Assembly: GCA_017499595.2 (NCBI GenBank)
Contig: CM039006.1
Span: 806,001 to 870,000, forward strand
Length of the DNA: 64,000 nt
Direction of reading: 5' to 3'
From: Psilocybe cubensis
Taxonomy: Eukaryota
Made by a program: the position numbers and the translations under genes. The notes under the pieces were generated by a model. The model made no database searches and was not told where the DNA came from. It worked only from the letters and a program-made list of their open reading frames with translations. Positions 25,025-37,842 of the stretch are shown one piece after another. How positions within the stretch are numbered: the stretch's first letter is position 1; each line of letters opens with the position of its first letter.

Positions 25025-25251
25025 AATAAGAACTTCCATTCCATATATATCTAAGCCCAATTGGATTACATCTCTTGACAAGTTCTAAATCTAATGCCAC
25101 GTACACATCAATCAAAATCTACTTATAACCTTTTGATCAAAAGGACCTTGAATCATGATCTAGACCATTAGCTGATTCTTTCTTCGGTAGAGCGTGGGAC
25201 CGGACATGTTGAATCAATAATACAGTAAAATGCATTAATATCATCCCGCCC

Positions 25252-27445
25252 ATGACAATGACCACAGCCGCTTTGGACGACGACTCTAAGAGGCCCAAAT
25301 CCTTGAAAGGCGAGTCTTTCAAGGATTCCTCCGCAAATGTGAATTACGGCACAATCAGGGAACTGCTGCAGAGGTTGATAGGACTACTGTCAAAATGGGG
25401 GGTTGAAACCGAGGGGTGAGTTTAAGTCTTCAAGAATATTCATTCGTGTTTCCCAAATTCGCATTCGGACTAATCTGTGGCAGGGTTGCTCCAATTTCAA
25501 AGGACAGGCGCACAGATACTCGTATCTACCAGATGTTCTGGCTTTGGTTTTCTGTCAATTTCAATGTCCTTGCATTCAGTACTGGAAGTGCAGGTCCAGC
25601 ATTCTTTGGACTAGATTTGAGGAACTCTCTGCTGATATTGCTTGTGGTTGATGTTATGTATATTTTTTCTATCTCATCGTCGCCATGTGTTGAGACTCAA
25701 CGTTCAACGCTTTACCTCAGAACTTGCATGGTTCCCGCGTACTTGTACGTCTCTAATACGTATTACCAAACGTATTTTTTTGAACCCGTTAAATCTTGTC
25801 AGTGCTGTCCTCGGTCCAAAGCTCGGTATGCGAGGCATGGTGCAATCCCGGTTCTCTTGGGGGTCAGTCATCATCACCCATCATTTCATGGCATTGAATC
25901 CGAAAAGTGCTATCTAGCTTGTACGGTGCCATAATTCCAAGTTTTCTCAACGTTGTCTCGACCTTGGGATTCCTGATACTGAACTGTATCATTGGTGGGC
26001 AAATCATTGCAGCTGTATCGACTAAGTTGGATGATACCCTCGGTATCGTTATCATATCCTTGATTTCTCTCGTGGTATGTGGCCTAGTTTATTCTATCCA
26101 GACAGATCAGCTTACCCATTATTAGGTTACATTTTTTGGCTATCGTGTGATGCATTGGTAAGGGTATTTGCAGCATGATCTTAGTTCCACTGATGCTACG
26201 TAGCTCCACAGGTTCGAGAACTTTGCATGGGTTCCTTCCGTCATTACCTTCCCCATCTTACTGGGCCTCGCAAACAAGCATTTAAACCCTTCCACTATGC
26301 CCTCCCTCCCTACTCCACCAGCCTCAAGTGTGCTATCTTTCGCATCATTTGTAGCATCGAGCGTTATCAGTTGGTGCACCATTACTCCTGACTACGGGGT
26401 ATACCATGACTGTAAAGCACCAACGTAAGATTTTACACGTCGGTTTTCGCTGCTTGAATCCGCCGGTGCTCATTTGACATTCCGTAGCTTCAAGATATTT
26501 TTTTACTCTTACCTGGGTTTTCTACTCCCTAGTGTTGGTCATTTTGTCTTTTAACCTGCAGCTGCTCATTCATATGTGCCTACTAACTTATAGATAGCCT
26601 GGCACATGATTGGGGCAGCATTCGCCTCGGCTGCGCCGGGAATTCCGTCATGGAACGAAGGGTATGACAATGGAAACGACCTCGGTGGCCTCCTTAGCGC
26701 CGTTCTCTCTCCGTCAGGTGGATTCAGTAAATTTTTACTTGTACTGATAGCATTAGGAACCTCTTGCGCCGTAGCGCCTACTATGTACACATTTGGTAAG
26801 TCTTATACTACTACCCAGATATTACTCGTGCATTCGTATTTCCACCTGTTTTCTATGGTACTCACTGGTTAACAGGCACGAGCTTCATGGCAATAACCCC
26901 TGCGTTTAGTCATATTCCGAGATTCGCATTCGCAATTGTAGCCGAAATAATGTGTGTATCCTCACCGACGTGGCTTGTTAGCGCCATATCATCGTACTAA
27001 AAGCAGCCTAGCCTCGTACCATTAGCAATAATCGGTGCCAAAAAATTTTACAGCACCCTTGTTGATATTTTGAGTGAGTAATTTTCTTCATCAAGACACT
27101 TTCTGACCTGTACACCTTTTATTCCTCCAAGGTGTGATCGGATACTGGTCGACCTCGTTCGGTGCAATTGTCCTGATTGAACATTTCGTTTTTCGAATGT
27201 CTTTCGAAAGCTATGACATAGAACGATGGGATAATGCTGGACTCCTGCCCCCTGGTATTGCGGCCGTTACCGCCTTCCTGGGGTCGTTTGGGATTATCAT
27301 TCCTTCGATGCAGCAAACGTGGTACACTGGACCTATCGCTGCGTCCGGTACTGGTGATATTGGTGTGTTTACTGGGGCAGCAGTCGCGGTGCTCCTGTAC
27401 ACCCCGCTGAGGGCAATTGAACGGCGGTTATGGCCCGGAAGGTAA
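25252..27445 (+). CDS. NCS1 (Fcy-type) transporter, copy 2
   Basis: Close paralog of copy 1 with the same exon structure. Begins MTMTTAALDDDSK and ends RRLWPGR*. Confidence 0.88.
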
Positions 27446-28135
27446 AGCAAGTGCTGCCCCTTCATAGTAGAAGATCAAGCTAGTAGCCGCTCCGGTCATT
27501 TTGTGTACATTGCACTATCTTAATCTACATAGATGGGCCTGGTGCAGCATTTGGCGCCCAGAAATACATCAGGGAATGCAGGTAATTTTCGAAGTTGGTT
27601 AATACTCCAAGAAGGTGAGCACCTTGTCGGCGCAAAGCTAATGGTTGAAGTTGTTTTGAAAATAATTGATCCTAACGCTGACAAAATATACACTGACCAG
27701 GTGCTCGACAACCGAATAGAGGTTGTTCTTCTTTGAGCATCTCAAATGGAGCCTGTCAAATTACCAATCAATGCTGTCTGCAACTAGCGAGAAACGATTC
27801 ACTTGCAGGTAATATGTTGGGTAATAGATGATCTATGGCATTGTCTGATGGCTTGTGGCCTCTAGTGGCTATCTATCGGAAGCCTTGAGGAGCCGAGCTT
27901 CTACTGATAGAAGCTGCAAAGACGGATGCTCTGTTCATAATCATTGACATGCTTTGTATAAAGCCCAATGCCCTATCACACGACTTGTGAACTGCCATCC
28001 ACATACTGCATCGTTTATCTATCCACCGAGCTTTGTCCGCCAAGGTACTAGGAGTACAAGTAGAGCGTATATAAAGCGATCAAAGTTGGACCATTGTTGC
28101 TGCTTGTTCGCCTTAGGAGGGACCGGGAAGTGGCG

Positions 28136-30334
28136 ATGCAACATGAAGAACCGAGCGAAACGTCCGCCAGCACACCAGAAATGTTGGAACTGGGACAACT
28201 TGACCATCTGTTACCTCTAAAGGCTGAGTCGGTAGAGATAACAGGCAAAATCCATAATGCACCACCAAAAGGTATATTGGAAAGACTCACGGCAACGCTG
28301 CTGAAATTAGGAGTGGAAACAGAAGGGTGAGAGTTCCATAACTCTTTTTTAAAAAAGACGGTTTAATTCCATACTTTCTACCCGTATAGGACAAGGCCTA
28401 TTCCAGCTGAACAACGCACCGACACGCGTATCTACCAGATGTTCTGGCTCTGGTTCTCAGTCAACTTCAATATCTTGCCGTTCACCACAGGTTCGGCTGG
28501 GCCAGCATTTTTTGGTCTTGGATTGGAGAGCTCTCTCCTCACCATACTTTTCACTGATATCCTGTGAGTGTTTGAGGGCAAGTTTGATCAAAATCGGAGG
28601 CTGAATATATTGATTCATGTTTAGATTCTGTGCTATACCTGCCTGTTGGTGCGTGGCTTTCTCTGTGTTGTATCACCGTGTCATAATGTGTCTGCTAAAA
28701 TGAAATGGACTTGATTAAGTGCCATTTTTGGTCCTAAACTTGGAATGCGTGGGATGGTACAATGTCGATTCTCCTGGGGGTCAGTGCTCCAAAAGCAATG
28801 ATGGTTTCTCGCGCTCACTTTCTAATGTTCTAACACTCTAGACTCTATGGAGCAATTATTCCCAGCGTTCTTAACGTCATTTCTATGCAAGGGTTTTTGA
28901 TCCTAAATTGTATAATTGGAGGACAGATTCTCTCTGCTGCTTCCAATGGGAGGCTGGACGACACACTTGGAATAATAGTTATCTCTGTTATATCACTTGT
29001 TGTCTGCTTCTGCGGGTATCGGGTTATGCACTGGTTTGTACATTCAAGGCTTTACTGGGGTTCTGCCAATTTGCTCATTACGTTGTACTTTATTGACAGG
29101 TTCGAAAGTACTGCATGGGTTCCTGCGGCGATTGTACTTCCCATTCTTCTCGGTTTAGGGAATAAGCATCTAAACCCGTCGAACATTCCTTCTGTTCCGG
29201 CACCGACAGTGTCACAAATTATGTCGTTTGCGACATTTGTAGCATCATCTTCAGTGGCCTGGTGTACTGTCACACCTGACTATGGTGTGTATCATGACAG
29301 CAAAGCATCTTCGTAAGTCCATGTTGGTACGCTGTTCAGGCACGGGTAAACTCATCTCAACATTTGACATTCTCATAGCCTCAAAATCTTCCTATATGTA
29401 TATTCTGGCTACCTCATTTCTACTGTGCATGCGTCGGTTTTTTTATAAAAGGTTCTTCTTACTGACGGATCAATTTACTAGGTGACGTGGAATATGGTAG
29501 GAGCAGCATTCGCGGCTGCAGCTCCGGGAGTCCCATCTTGGCAGCTGGGGTACGATGAAGGCCGCAATCTTGGTGGCCTTCTCCGAGCCGTTCTTGCTCC
29601 TACAAAGGGATTCGGAAACTTTGTTTTGGTGATCATCGCTCTAAATACATCATGTGCGGCAGCACCTACCATGTACAGTTTTGGTAAGCATCAAACGGTA
29701 TGCGTACGCTGTGTGTTGTTCACGTTACTTTAGGAACCAGCTTCCTGGCTATTACGCCTACGTTAGCACGGGTCCCTCGATATATCTTTGTTATTATCTC
29801 TGAGATAATGTATGTAAGCTCTGTCATTAACTCTGAATTAGTCCTACTGACCTTTTTATTGCATGGCTTATTCCATAGATTAATACCTCTAGCCATTATT
29901 GGCGCAAAACGATTTTACAGCACATTGGTCGACGTTCTAAGTGAGCTCTTTTGTTACACATTGTCTGACCGTATACTATTAGTATTGCTGATCGGCAAAA
30001 TATATTTCCACTTCTAGGCGTCATAGGCTACTGGTCGACCGCCTTTGGCATTATCGTGTTAGCCGAGCACTTCATCTTCCGTCGTTCTTCATTCCAATGC
30101 TACAACATCAAACACTGGGATCAAGGAAGATATCTACCTGTGGGAGGCGCCGCTGTAGCCTCGTTTCTCGCAGCAGTCGCGTTTATTATAGCAGGCATGG
30201 AGCAGACGTGGTTTACAGGCCCGATTGCTAAGAAGGGGACAGGAGATATAGGCGTTTTTGTCGCTGCGGGCGCGGCGCTTGTATTTTACATTCCGCTACG
30301 TGCGCTTGAGCGGCGGGTGTGGCCAGGAAGATAG
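28136..30334 (+). CDS. NCS1 (Fcy-type) transporter, copy 3
   Basis: Same motifs (WLWFSVNFN, GPKLGMR, AWCTVTPDYG, EQTWFTGPIA). Ends RRVWPGR*. TATATAAA upstream at ~28068. Confidence 0.88.
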
Positions 30335-31249
30335 TAAATTTGTTTTTTATGGCTTTTTTTTTCTCAAAAACACGGTGGATATTCACTGTACTTACAATCG
30401 AACGCATCTGTTCATTTTAAAATTTCCAAATTCAACTGAATTGGAAAGACATACACAATTATCTTATGTGCTTATCTGCATGCTCAACTGTCAGTATGCA
30501 TATACGGGCCTCTCAAAGTTCCTTGTGAAAGGGGCACCCATCGGAGGTTAGACTGATTTTGTGGCTGTGATGCCGGGATGGCAGAGCACCGCAGCATTAT
30601 AGAAGCATGGTAACGTGATATGCATTAATAGATTAGAAATTACCATTTTATTATTCGTGAAATCGTTATGACCATCCATAACGACTAAGTGAATCGAGCA
30701 TCAGAGGATTTTATCAAAAAACCTCAAATAATTTGAAGTTCCACATTAACAACGGCATTTTCCGCCACTTTCCCACGCATAATCGACAACTGATCGACTG
30801 GATTGGTGATATGGAGAAAATATATAACTGAAGGGGCCCTGGACAAGATCAGGGACCAGTTTCATAAGATTGAGGCCTTGTGTATGAACACGTTCTATGC
30901 CATCTGAATGTAAACAGTGATAAAGGCAGCACGTGTAAGTGGTGGCCGTTTTGGAAGACCGCGATGTTCACCATGATTGGCGGAATTGGAGGATAAAAAT
31001 GGGTGTCAATGTCGTTGCTTGTCTGCTGCTCTGCAACTGTATAATAATTGTTTTTTTATCACACGACTGCACGTAATTTAGTGTCTGTAAGTTATATACT
31101 TCACAAGCACACCGAAATTAGTTCATCAAGGGGTAGAAAGGAAGAAACGCAAATATAAAAGTGATTGAAGCTGTACCATCCCCCAGGTACCCAACTCAAT
31201 AGCGACTCACGACGAAGAAAAAAATGAGAAGTCCTCCAGCACACCTGAA

Positions 31250-33394
31250 ATGTTGGAGTTGGGGCAACTCAATCACCCGTCGTCTGTTAATGTCGACTGC
31301 GTAGATAGGACACGCGACTTCGGCAATACGCCACCAAAAGGTCACGCATTTGGAAAGCTTACGGAGAGGTTGATGAAATTAGGAGTAGAGATTGAAGGGT
31401 GAGAGTCTCATCGAGTCCAATGAATAATATTTACTCGTGTTTTCTACCCATAGGACAAGGCCTATTCCACCTGAGCAACGCACCGACACGCGTATCTACC
31501 AATTATTCTGGCTCTGGTTCTCAGTCAACTTCAACATCTTGTCGTTCACCACGGGCACTGCTGGTCCAGCTTTCTTTGGTCTTGGATTAGAAAGTTCTCT
31601 CCTCACCATACTTTTCACTGATATCCTGTGAGTGTTTGGAGCCAAGGTCAATCAGGGTAATGCGATATCTGAGGCTGAATGTATTAGATTCTGTGCTATC
31701 CCTTCCTGTTGGTGCGTGTTTGGCGTTCTCTGCGTCATATCGCCATGCCATGTTAGGAGAGTCAGCTTTACTAAATTAACGTGGCCTTGAAGTGCTGTTT
31801 TTGGGCCTAAACTTGGAATGCGTGGAATGGTGCTATGTCGATTTACCTGGGGGTATGCAAACGCTCTTTCTTGTGCTTATCTACTGATACTTTGAAATCA
31901 TAGCCTTTATGGAGCCATACTTCCGAGTGTTCTGAACGTCATTTCAATGCAAGGCTTCCTGATCTTGAACTGTATAGTCGGGGGCCAGATTCTCTCTGCC
32001 GCGTCGAATGGGAAGCTAGACGACACGCTTGGAATAGTAGTTATATCTCTCATATCCCTTGTTGTCTGCTTCTGCGGGTATCGGGTGATCCATTGGTCTG
32101 CACACATTCCCACCATTATCGACGATGTCGGTTTGCTTATGCTGGATTTTTATTGGCAGGTTCGAAAGCACCGCGTGGATTCCTGTGGCCATTGTCCTTC
32201 CCATTCTTCTCGGTTTAGGAAACAAGCATTTGAATCCTTCAAACATGCCTTCTGTCCCTGCGCCAACGGTCTCTCAGATTCTGTCGTTTGCGACATTTGT
32301 AGCATCGTCTTCCGTAATATCGTGTACAGTAACTCCTGACTATGGAGTGTATCACGACAGAAAAGCATCTTCGTAAGTTATGTTGGAGAGTATTCCAGCG
32401 GTAAACTCATCTCAACTTGAAAAAGCCTCAAAATATTCCTATACGTGTATTCAGGCTACCTAACGTCCACTGTACGTGCCCCCCTTTTCGCCATGCAAGT
32501 TCTTGATAACTGACCGGCCTGTCTGATAGATAACCTGGAACATGGTGGGCGCAGCATTTGCCGCTGCAGCCCCGCAAGTCCCGTCATGGCAGCTAGGGTA
32601 CGGTGAAAACGGCAATCTCGGCGGCCTTCTCCTCGCCATCTTCGCGCCCACGAAGGGATTCGGGAACTTTGTGCTGGTTGTCCTTGCGCTGAATACATCA
32701 TGTGCTGCGGCGCCTACGATGTACAGTTTCGGTAAGCATACGAGGGATGTGTGTGCTTCGTGTTGGGTAATTGAAGATTATTTAGGCACGAGCTTTTTGG
32801 CTATCACTCCTGCTTTGGCTCGGGTCCCTCGATATATCTTCGTGATTATCTCTGAGATAATGTGAGCCTCGTATTCTTCCTCGAAAACTGGCTCTACAGA
32901 ATATTCAACACTATGCCTTCGTCCATAGATTGATCCCCCTAGCCATCATCGGAGCCAAACGATTCTACAGTACAATAGTCAACGTCCTAAGTACGTCGCG
33001 TCTCCAATCTGAATCTGTCATTGAACCCTTACATCTCACCCACCCACGGCCCACCCACTCCCAATTGACAATTCCAGGCGTAATAGGCTACTGGACAACC
33101 GCCTACGGCATCATCATCCTAACCGAACACTTCCTCTTCCGCCACGCCTCCTTCCGGTCCTACAACACCGCGCACTGGGACCAAAGCCGACATCTACCCG
33201 TGGGGATCGCAGCCGCCGCGTCGTTCCTTTGCGCAGTGGCGTTCATTGTGCTGTGTATGGAGCAGACGTGGTTTACGGGCCCGATTGCGAAGATGGGGAC
33301 GGGGGATATAGGCGTGTTTGTTGCTGCTGGCGCGGCAGTTGTGTTTTATGTCCCGCTTAGAGCGCTGGAGAGGAAGGTGTGGCCTGGAAGATAA
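31250..33394 (+). CDS. NCS1 (Fcy-type) transporter, copy 4
   Basis: Close paralog of copy 3. The first ATG of copy 3 aligns with ACT here, so the start is placed at the conserved MLELGQL. Ends RKVWPGR*. Confidence 0.85.
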
Positions 33395-33764
33395 TGTATG
33401 TGTGAGAAAAGTCGTAGCTTCCGGGCGTTTATTCATATTCCCATGCAACTTGATGACAAAATTTACAAATCGCACAAACTCAAAGGCCCGAACAAAATAA
33501 AACGAGATGGGGTGTTCAATTGGCAAATTACATAGTAACATCTACAATATTTTTTGGTCTAAGTTAAGCATCATAAGTATGTATAGTCTAAGCAAAAAAA
33601 CGCAGGGAGTCGTCGGCATAGTCGCGGGGTCAATAAACACTACAAATCATCAGTACTATAATCTAAAAAGGAACGCATATTGAACAGAAAGGAATGAAAC
33701 AAAATGAAACCGCAACACAAAAAAGACAGAACATAAAAAAGAAAGAAAGAAAACCCCACGCATT

Positions 33765-36700
33765 CTAACCACTCCCCTCTCCACTCCCCTCTCCACCCTC
33801 CTCACCACCCCCTTCACCCTTCACAACCTGCTCTGCCCAGATCTTCGCGCCCATCTCAAACGCCGCGCGGCGCGGATTCGACCTCCCGCGCCCCGGCACA
33901 TAAAACGGGTTACCCACACCGCGCTCACCGGCTCCCGGAACATGCGCCTGCCTGCGCTCGAGATTGCGCACGGCGCGCGAGAGCGGGCGTTGTGTTGTTG
34001 CTGTGCGGATGTGGACGGGGGGCGGGAGGTTGTTGATGTAGGATTCGAGGGTGGGTTTTGGTCTTGGATTTGGGTTGGGTTGGGGATTTGGATTTGGGTT
34101 GGGTTGGGGATTTGGATTTGGATTTGGTTGAGAGTTCGGGTTTGAGTTGGTTTGTGAATTAGGATTGAGTTGACGCTCTGAATCGCGGTTCGTGGAACGA
34201 GACGGAGTCGGAGTCGGAGTCGTTCGTGCCATCGTAAGGTTACCCATGCGAGATGGTAAATAGCGCGCGTAGTACTTGAGCGGCGAGAAAGTGTCCTCGT
34301 GGGATGGAGCTGGAGCTGGAGCTGGAGCTGGAGATGGACTTGTAGATTTTGCTGCAGTTGGTGTTGGGGCTCGACTTGTAGATTCCGCTGCAGCTGCAGT
34401 TGGAGTTGAAGTAGCACCAGTTGGACTTGGAGTTGGAGTCGAAGCAGTACCATTGACAGTTGGACTTGGACTTGGACTTGTACTCGCGCCCGAAGCCACA
34501 ATATGAGGCGGCAAACCGCGCGCAGCATACTCGCGAGGTGTAGACGCGCGATCGCGATCGCGGGGGGTACGTGGTGTAGCATTACCGCTCTCCTTCGCAG
34601 TCAAAGTCGAAGTCGAAGTCGAAGTTGACGCTGACGAAGAAGGCGAGCGCACTTCCGCACGCGACCGCGAACCCAAATTCGACTGCTGAGTATCCCGCCT
34701 CCCTTTAGCCCCCGCTTCACTCCCACTCCCACTTTCATTCCTATTCCCACTCCCACTCCGACTCATCCTACCCTCACTACCTCCCACGTCCTTCTCCTTA
34801 TCACCCTTTTCGTTCCGTCGGGAGTCCACACTCGACCTTGAACGCAGAGAAGACTGAGACCGAGACCGCAAGGCATCATCAACATCGTCCTCAGCTCGCC
34901 CGTCCACACCCACACGAGGAAGATCACCATTCCCTAGCACACCTTCTCCAACCTCAATTTCGACTTTAACCCCAACTCCAACTCCAACTCCAACCCCATC
35001 TTCACTCGCACCCACATCCCCCCTCACTCGCCCAATGACCCGCTCCTCCACCCTTCCCTGTCCCTGCACGGACCCCGACGTCCTCGCCGGCACAGGCACA
35101 TCATCAAACAACCACGGATACACCCCCCTCAACACACTAACCTCATACAACTCCTTCTTCCTCCTCCTACCCTGCCCCTCAGCCCTCCTCGCATCCTCCC
35201 TCTCCATCTCCGCCAACACCTTCGGCGGGACCCACGTCTCCGCCCTCTGAATCTCCAACGATCCATACACCTCCCTGATCCTCTTGCCCGTCTCCGCATA
35301 CGACAGCTCCGGATCGGGCGTCTGGAGGTATTCGAGGAGTGCAGCTGCCCGAGCGCGGGATTCGGGGGTTGAAGGGTCCGGGTTGGGTGGTAGACGCGTC
35401 GATCTTCCTGTTGCTGTTGCTCTTCCTCTTCCTGTGCCCTTGCTGCTGCTGTTGCTGTTGCTGTTGGGCACTTGGGACGACCGCCCGAACGGACGCCCAT
35501 GGTACGGATTATCAGATAACAGCCGCGCGATCATGGCAGGCGTGCAATCATCGACCGTGACGCGCCGCGCGCGCGTGCGGAGCAGCTCGGCGACGCGTTC
35601 TTCCGCTGCGCGTTCTGCTGCGTCTGGGTCTTCTTCATCCTGTTCCTGTTCTTGTTCCTGATTCTGACTCTGGTTTTGATCCTGGTCCGGATCGCGGGAG
35701 GGGGAGATTTCGAAGGACGTATCAAGAGACGAAAAAGATGACGAAGAGACGCAGGTATCAAAAGACGAAGTCTTGTTAACAACCCCAGCAAAACCTTTCG
35801 TCTCCTCAACGGGCGCAGCAGCAGTTGTCTCCTCCTCCTCCTCCTTTTCCTTTTCCTCCTCCTCCTTTTCCTCCTCCTCCTTCTTTTCCTTTTCCTCCAC
35901 CACCGCCGCCGTAACCGCATCCGAAGAACTCCCATCCCGCATCCTAACACCAACCCTCTCTTTCACCCTCTCAATCGAATCTTTAATCAACGATATCCGA
36001 TATCGCGATGTACGCGGCTGTGACGCGAGCGCGGGCGTAGCATACGTCGAGGTGTTGGTGTTGGAGTTGGAGTTGGCGGTGGTGGTAGAATAGGAATCAG
36101 AATCGGAATTGGACGTAGAAGACACCGAGTCAGTCGCGGTGGTGGTGGTGGTGGTGGTAGTACCACCGAAACCACCAGACCCATCTCTCACTCCCATTTC
36201 CCAGCCGGCGGAGCGCGACGCAGAGGAACCAGACGCAGAACCAGACAAATCATAGTTATAGTCATAGTCATAGTCGGATAAATATCTGGGGCCCGAGTTC
36301 GACGTAAAGTCTGAGCTGAAGCTGGAGGAAGAGGAAGAGCTGGAGCCAGAGCCGTAGTATGAAGAAGAGGAAGGGGAGTAGAAATCATATACAGACGTGT
36401 AAGTCGATGCATGGTTCGAATTACGATTACGATTATGATTGTGGTTGTGGTGAGAGGTAGAATTAGATGTAGATGTAGAGGTGGAAGTGGAAGTGGAAGA
36501 GGATGTAGATGTCGAGGTAAAAATGGTAGTAGACGTCGAGGTAGAAATGGTTGTAAAAGTGGAATCAGAATCGGAGTGCGACACGTATCCAGAATCACAC
36601 GGGGATGACGAGGCCGACTCAGAACCTCCCATCGTCCCCATAATCAACGACCGCTCCTCTCCTTCTCCCCACGTCTCTTTTTGATTTTTTTGATTTAGTT

Positions 36701-37436
36701 GTTGATTATATTGAATATAGCTTTCACTCGACCCCCGATCCTGACCACGATCCTGACTTCGCACCATCGAGCCAGGACCACCGGATCGCGAAGGACGAGG
36801 AGAATGGGAGGGATATGGTGAAGATGGAGGGTAGGGTGAATGGGGCGAATGAGAGGTACGAGAAGAATCACGAGAATACCGAGAATAACGATCAGAATAC
36901 CGAGAGGAAGAAGGTCGAGCAGAAAGACGAGAAGAAGAAGAGGAAGAAGGCGGAGAAGCGAAAGAGGGTAATGCGGATATGAGGGATGAGATTAGCGATG
37001 TTGTTTTTGGACTTTGATTTGGATTTGGATTTGGATTTGAAGGGGGTGTTGAACTTGTATTTGTGTTCGGAGTTGAAGGAGGTGGGTTTGAACTTGCAGG
37101 AGGAAGTGTTGAACTTGAACTTGGAGGTGGGTTTGGAGTTGAACTTGGAGGAGTTGAACTTGGAGGAGGGTTTGAACTTGGAGGTGGGTTTGTGTTTGTG
37201 TTTGGAGTTGAACTTGGAGGAGGAAGTGTTGGACTTGAACTCGGAGGGGGTGGAGGAGAGTTTGTGCTTGGAGGAGGGTCCGAACTCGAACTTGAAGGAG
37301 ATGGATTTGAACTCGACCTCGAACTTGGTGGTAGATTCGAACTCGAACTCGAACTCGAACTTGGTATGTCCAAACTCGACCTCGAACTCGAACTCGACGC
37401 TGTTAACCTCGAGTTCTCATCTATTCTTGAACTCAT
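33765..37436 (-). CDS. Long intronless low-complexity (S/P/T/G/E-rich) ORF, ~1223 aa from the first ATG; function unknown
   Basis: Frame is stop-free from ~37890 to 33765. The ORF-track start is a TTG; the first ATG is 37436 (MSSRIDENS). A small higher-complexity core lies at ~35060-35620. Repeat-rich DNA can stay open by chance. Confidence 0.5.
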   Translation of the reverse strand: MSSRIDENSRLTASSSSSRSSLDIPSSSSSSSSNLPPSSRSSSNPSPSSSSSDPPPSTNSPPPPPSSSPTLPPPSSTPNTNTNPPPSSNPPPSSTPPSSTPNPPPSSSSTLPPASSNPPPSTPNTNTSSTPPSNPNPNPNQSPKTTSLISSLISALPSFASPPSSSSSSRLSARPSSSRYSDRYSRYSRDSSRTSHSPHSPYPPSSPYPSHSPRPSRSGGPGSMVRSQDRGQDRGSSESYIQYNQQLNQKNQKETWGEGEERSLIMGTMGGSESASSSPCDSGYVSHSDSDSTFTTISTSTSTTIFTSTSTSSSTSTSTSTSTSNSTSHHNHNHNRNRNSNHASTYTSVYDFYSPSSSSYYGSGSSSSSSSSFSSDFTSNSGPRYLSDYDYDYNYDLSGSASGSSASRSAGWEMGVRDGSGGFGGTTTTTTTTATDSVSSTSNSDSDSYSTTTANSNSNTNTSTYATPALASQPRTSRYRISLIKDSIERVKERVGVRMRDGSSSDAVTAAVVEEKEKKEEEEKEEEEKEKEEEEETTAAAPVEETKGFAGVVNKTSSFDTCVSSSSFSSLDTSFEISPSRDPDQDQNQSQNQEQEQEQDEEDPDAAERAAEERVAELLRTRARRVTVDDCTPAMIARLLSDNPYHGRPFGRSSQVPNSNSNSSSKGTGRGRATATGRSTRLPPNPDPSTPESRARAAALLEYLQTPDPELSYAETGKRIREVYGSLEIQRAETWVPPKVLAEMEREDARRAEGQGRRRKKELYEVSVLRGVYPWLFDDVPVPARTSGSVQGQGRVEERVIGRVRGDVGASEDGVGVGVGVGVKVEIEVGEGVLGNGDLPRVGVDGRAEDDVDDALRSRSQSSLRSRSSVDSRRNEKGDKEKDVGGSEGRMSRSGSGNRNESGSGSEAGAKGRRDTQQSNLGSRSRAEVRSPSSSASTSTSTSTLTAKESGNATPRTPRDRDRASTPREYAARGLPPHIVASGASTSPSPSPTVNGTASTPTPSPTGATSTPTAAAAESTSRAPTPTAAKSTSPSPAPAPAPAPSHEDTFSPLKYYARYLPSRMGNLTMARTTPTPTPSRSTNRDSERQLNPNSQTNSNPNSQPNPNPNPQPNPNPNPQPNPNPRPKPTLESYINNLPPPVHIRTATTQRPLSRAVRNLERRQAHVPGAGERGVGNPFYVPGRGRSNPRRAAFEMGAKIWAEQVVKGEGGGEEGGEGSGEGSG

Positions 37437-37842
37437 CTCCACACCCACACCCACACCCTCCCCCGCCAAACCCGCCTCTACCCCCAAACCCGACGCTGAA
37501 CCATCAAGACGAGGAGGAGGCGGAGGACGAGAAAGACAAAAACGACCCTCCTCCCCCTCATCACCCCGTCCCCGACCACCCGCCGCACTCGAAAACTGCC
37601 TCTTCCCCTTACCCCTCCTCCTGCGCTTTCTCTTCCTCTTCGCATTCGCTCCGTTCCCCCCGATCAACCCATTTCCACCCAACGCACTCCCCCCGGTCAA
37701 CGCACTCCCCGCACTCCCACTTCCGCTTCCACTTCCCCGAGCGCCATACCCAGACTCACGCCCGGACTCAAGCCCAAGCCCAGACTCATGCCCAAGTCCA
37801 AGTCCGCGCCCAAGCCCAGACTCAAGTTTGGACTTGCGCTCC

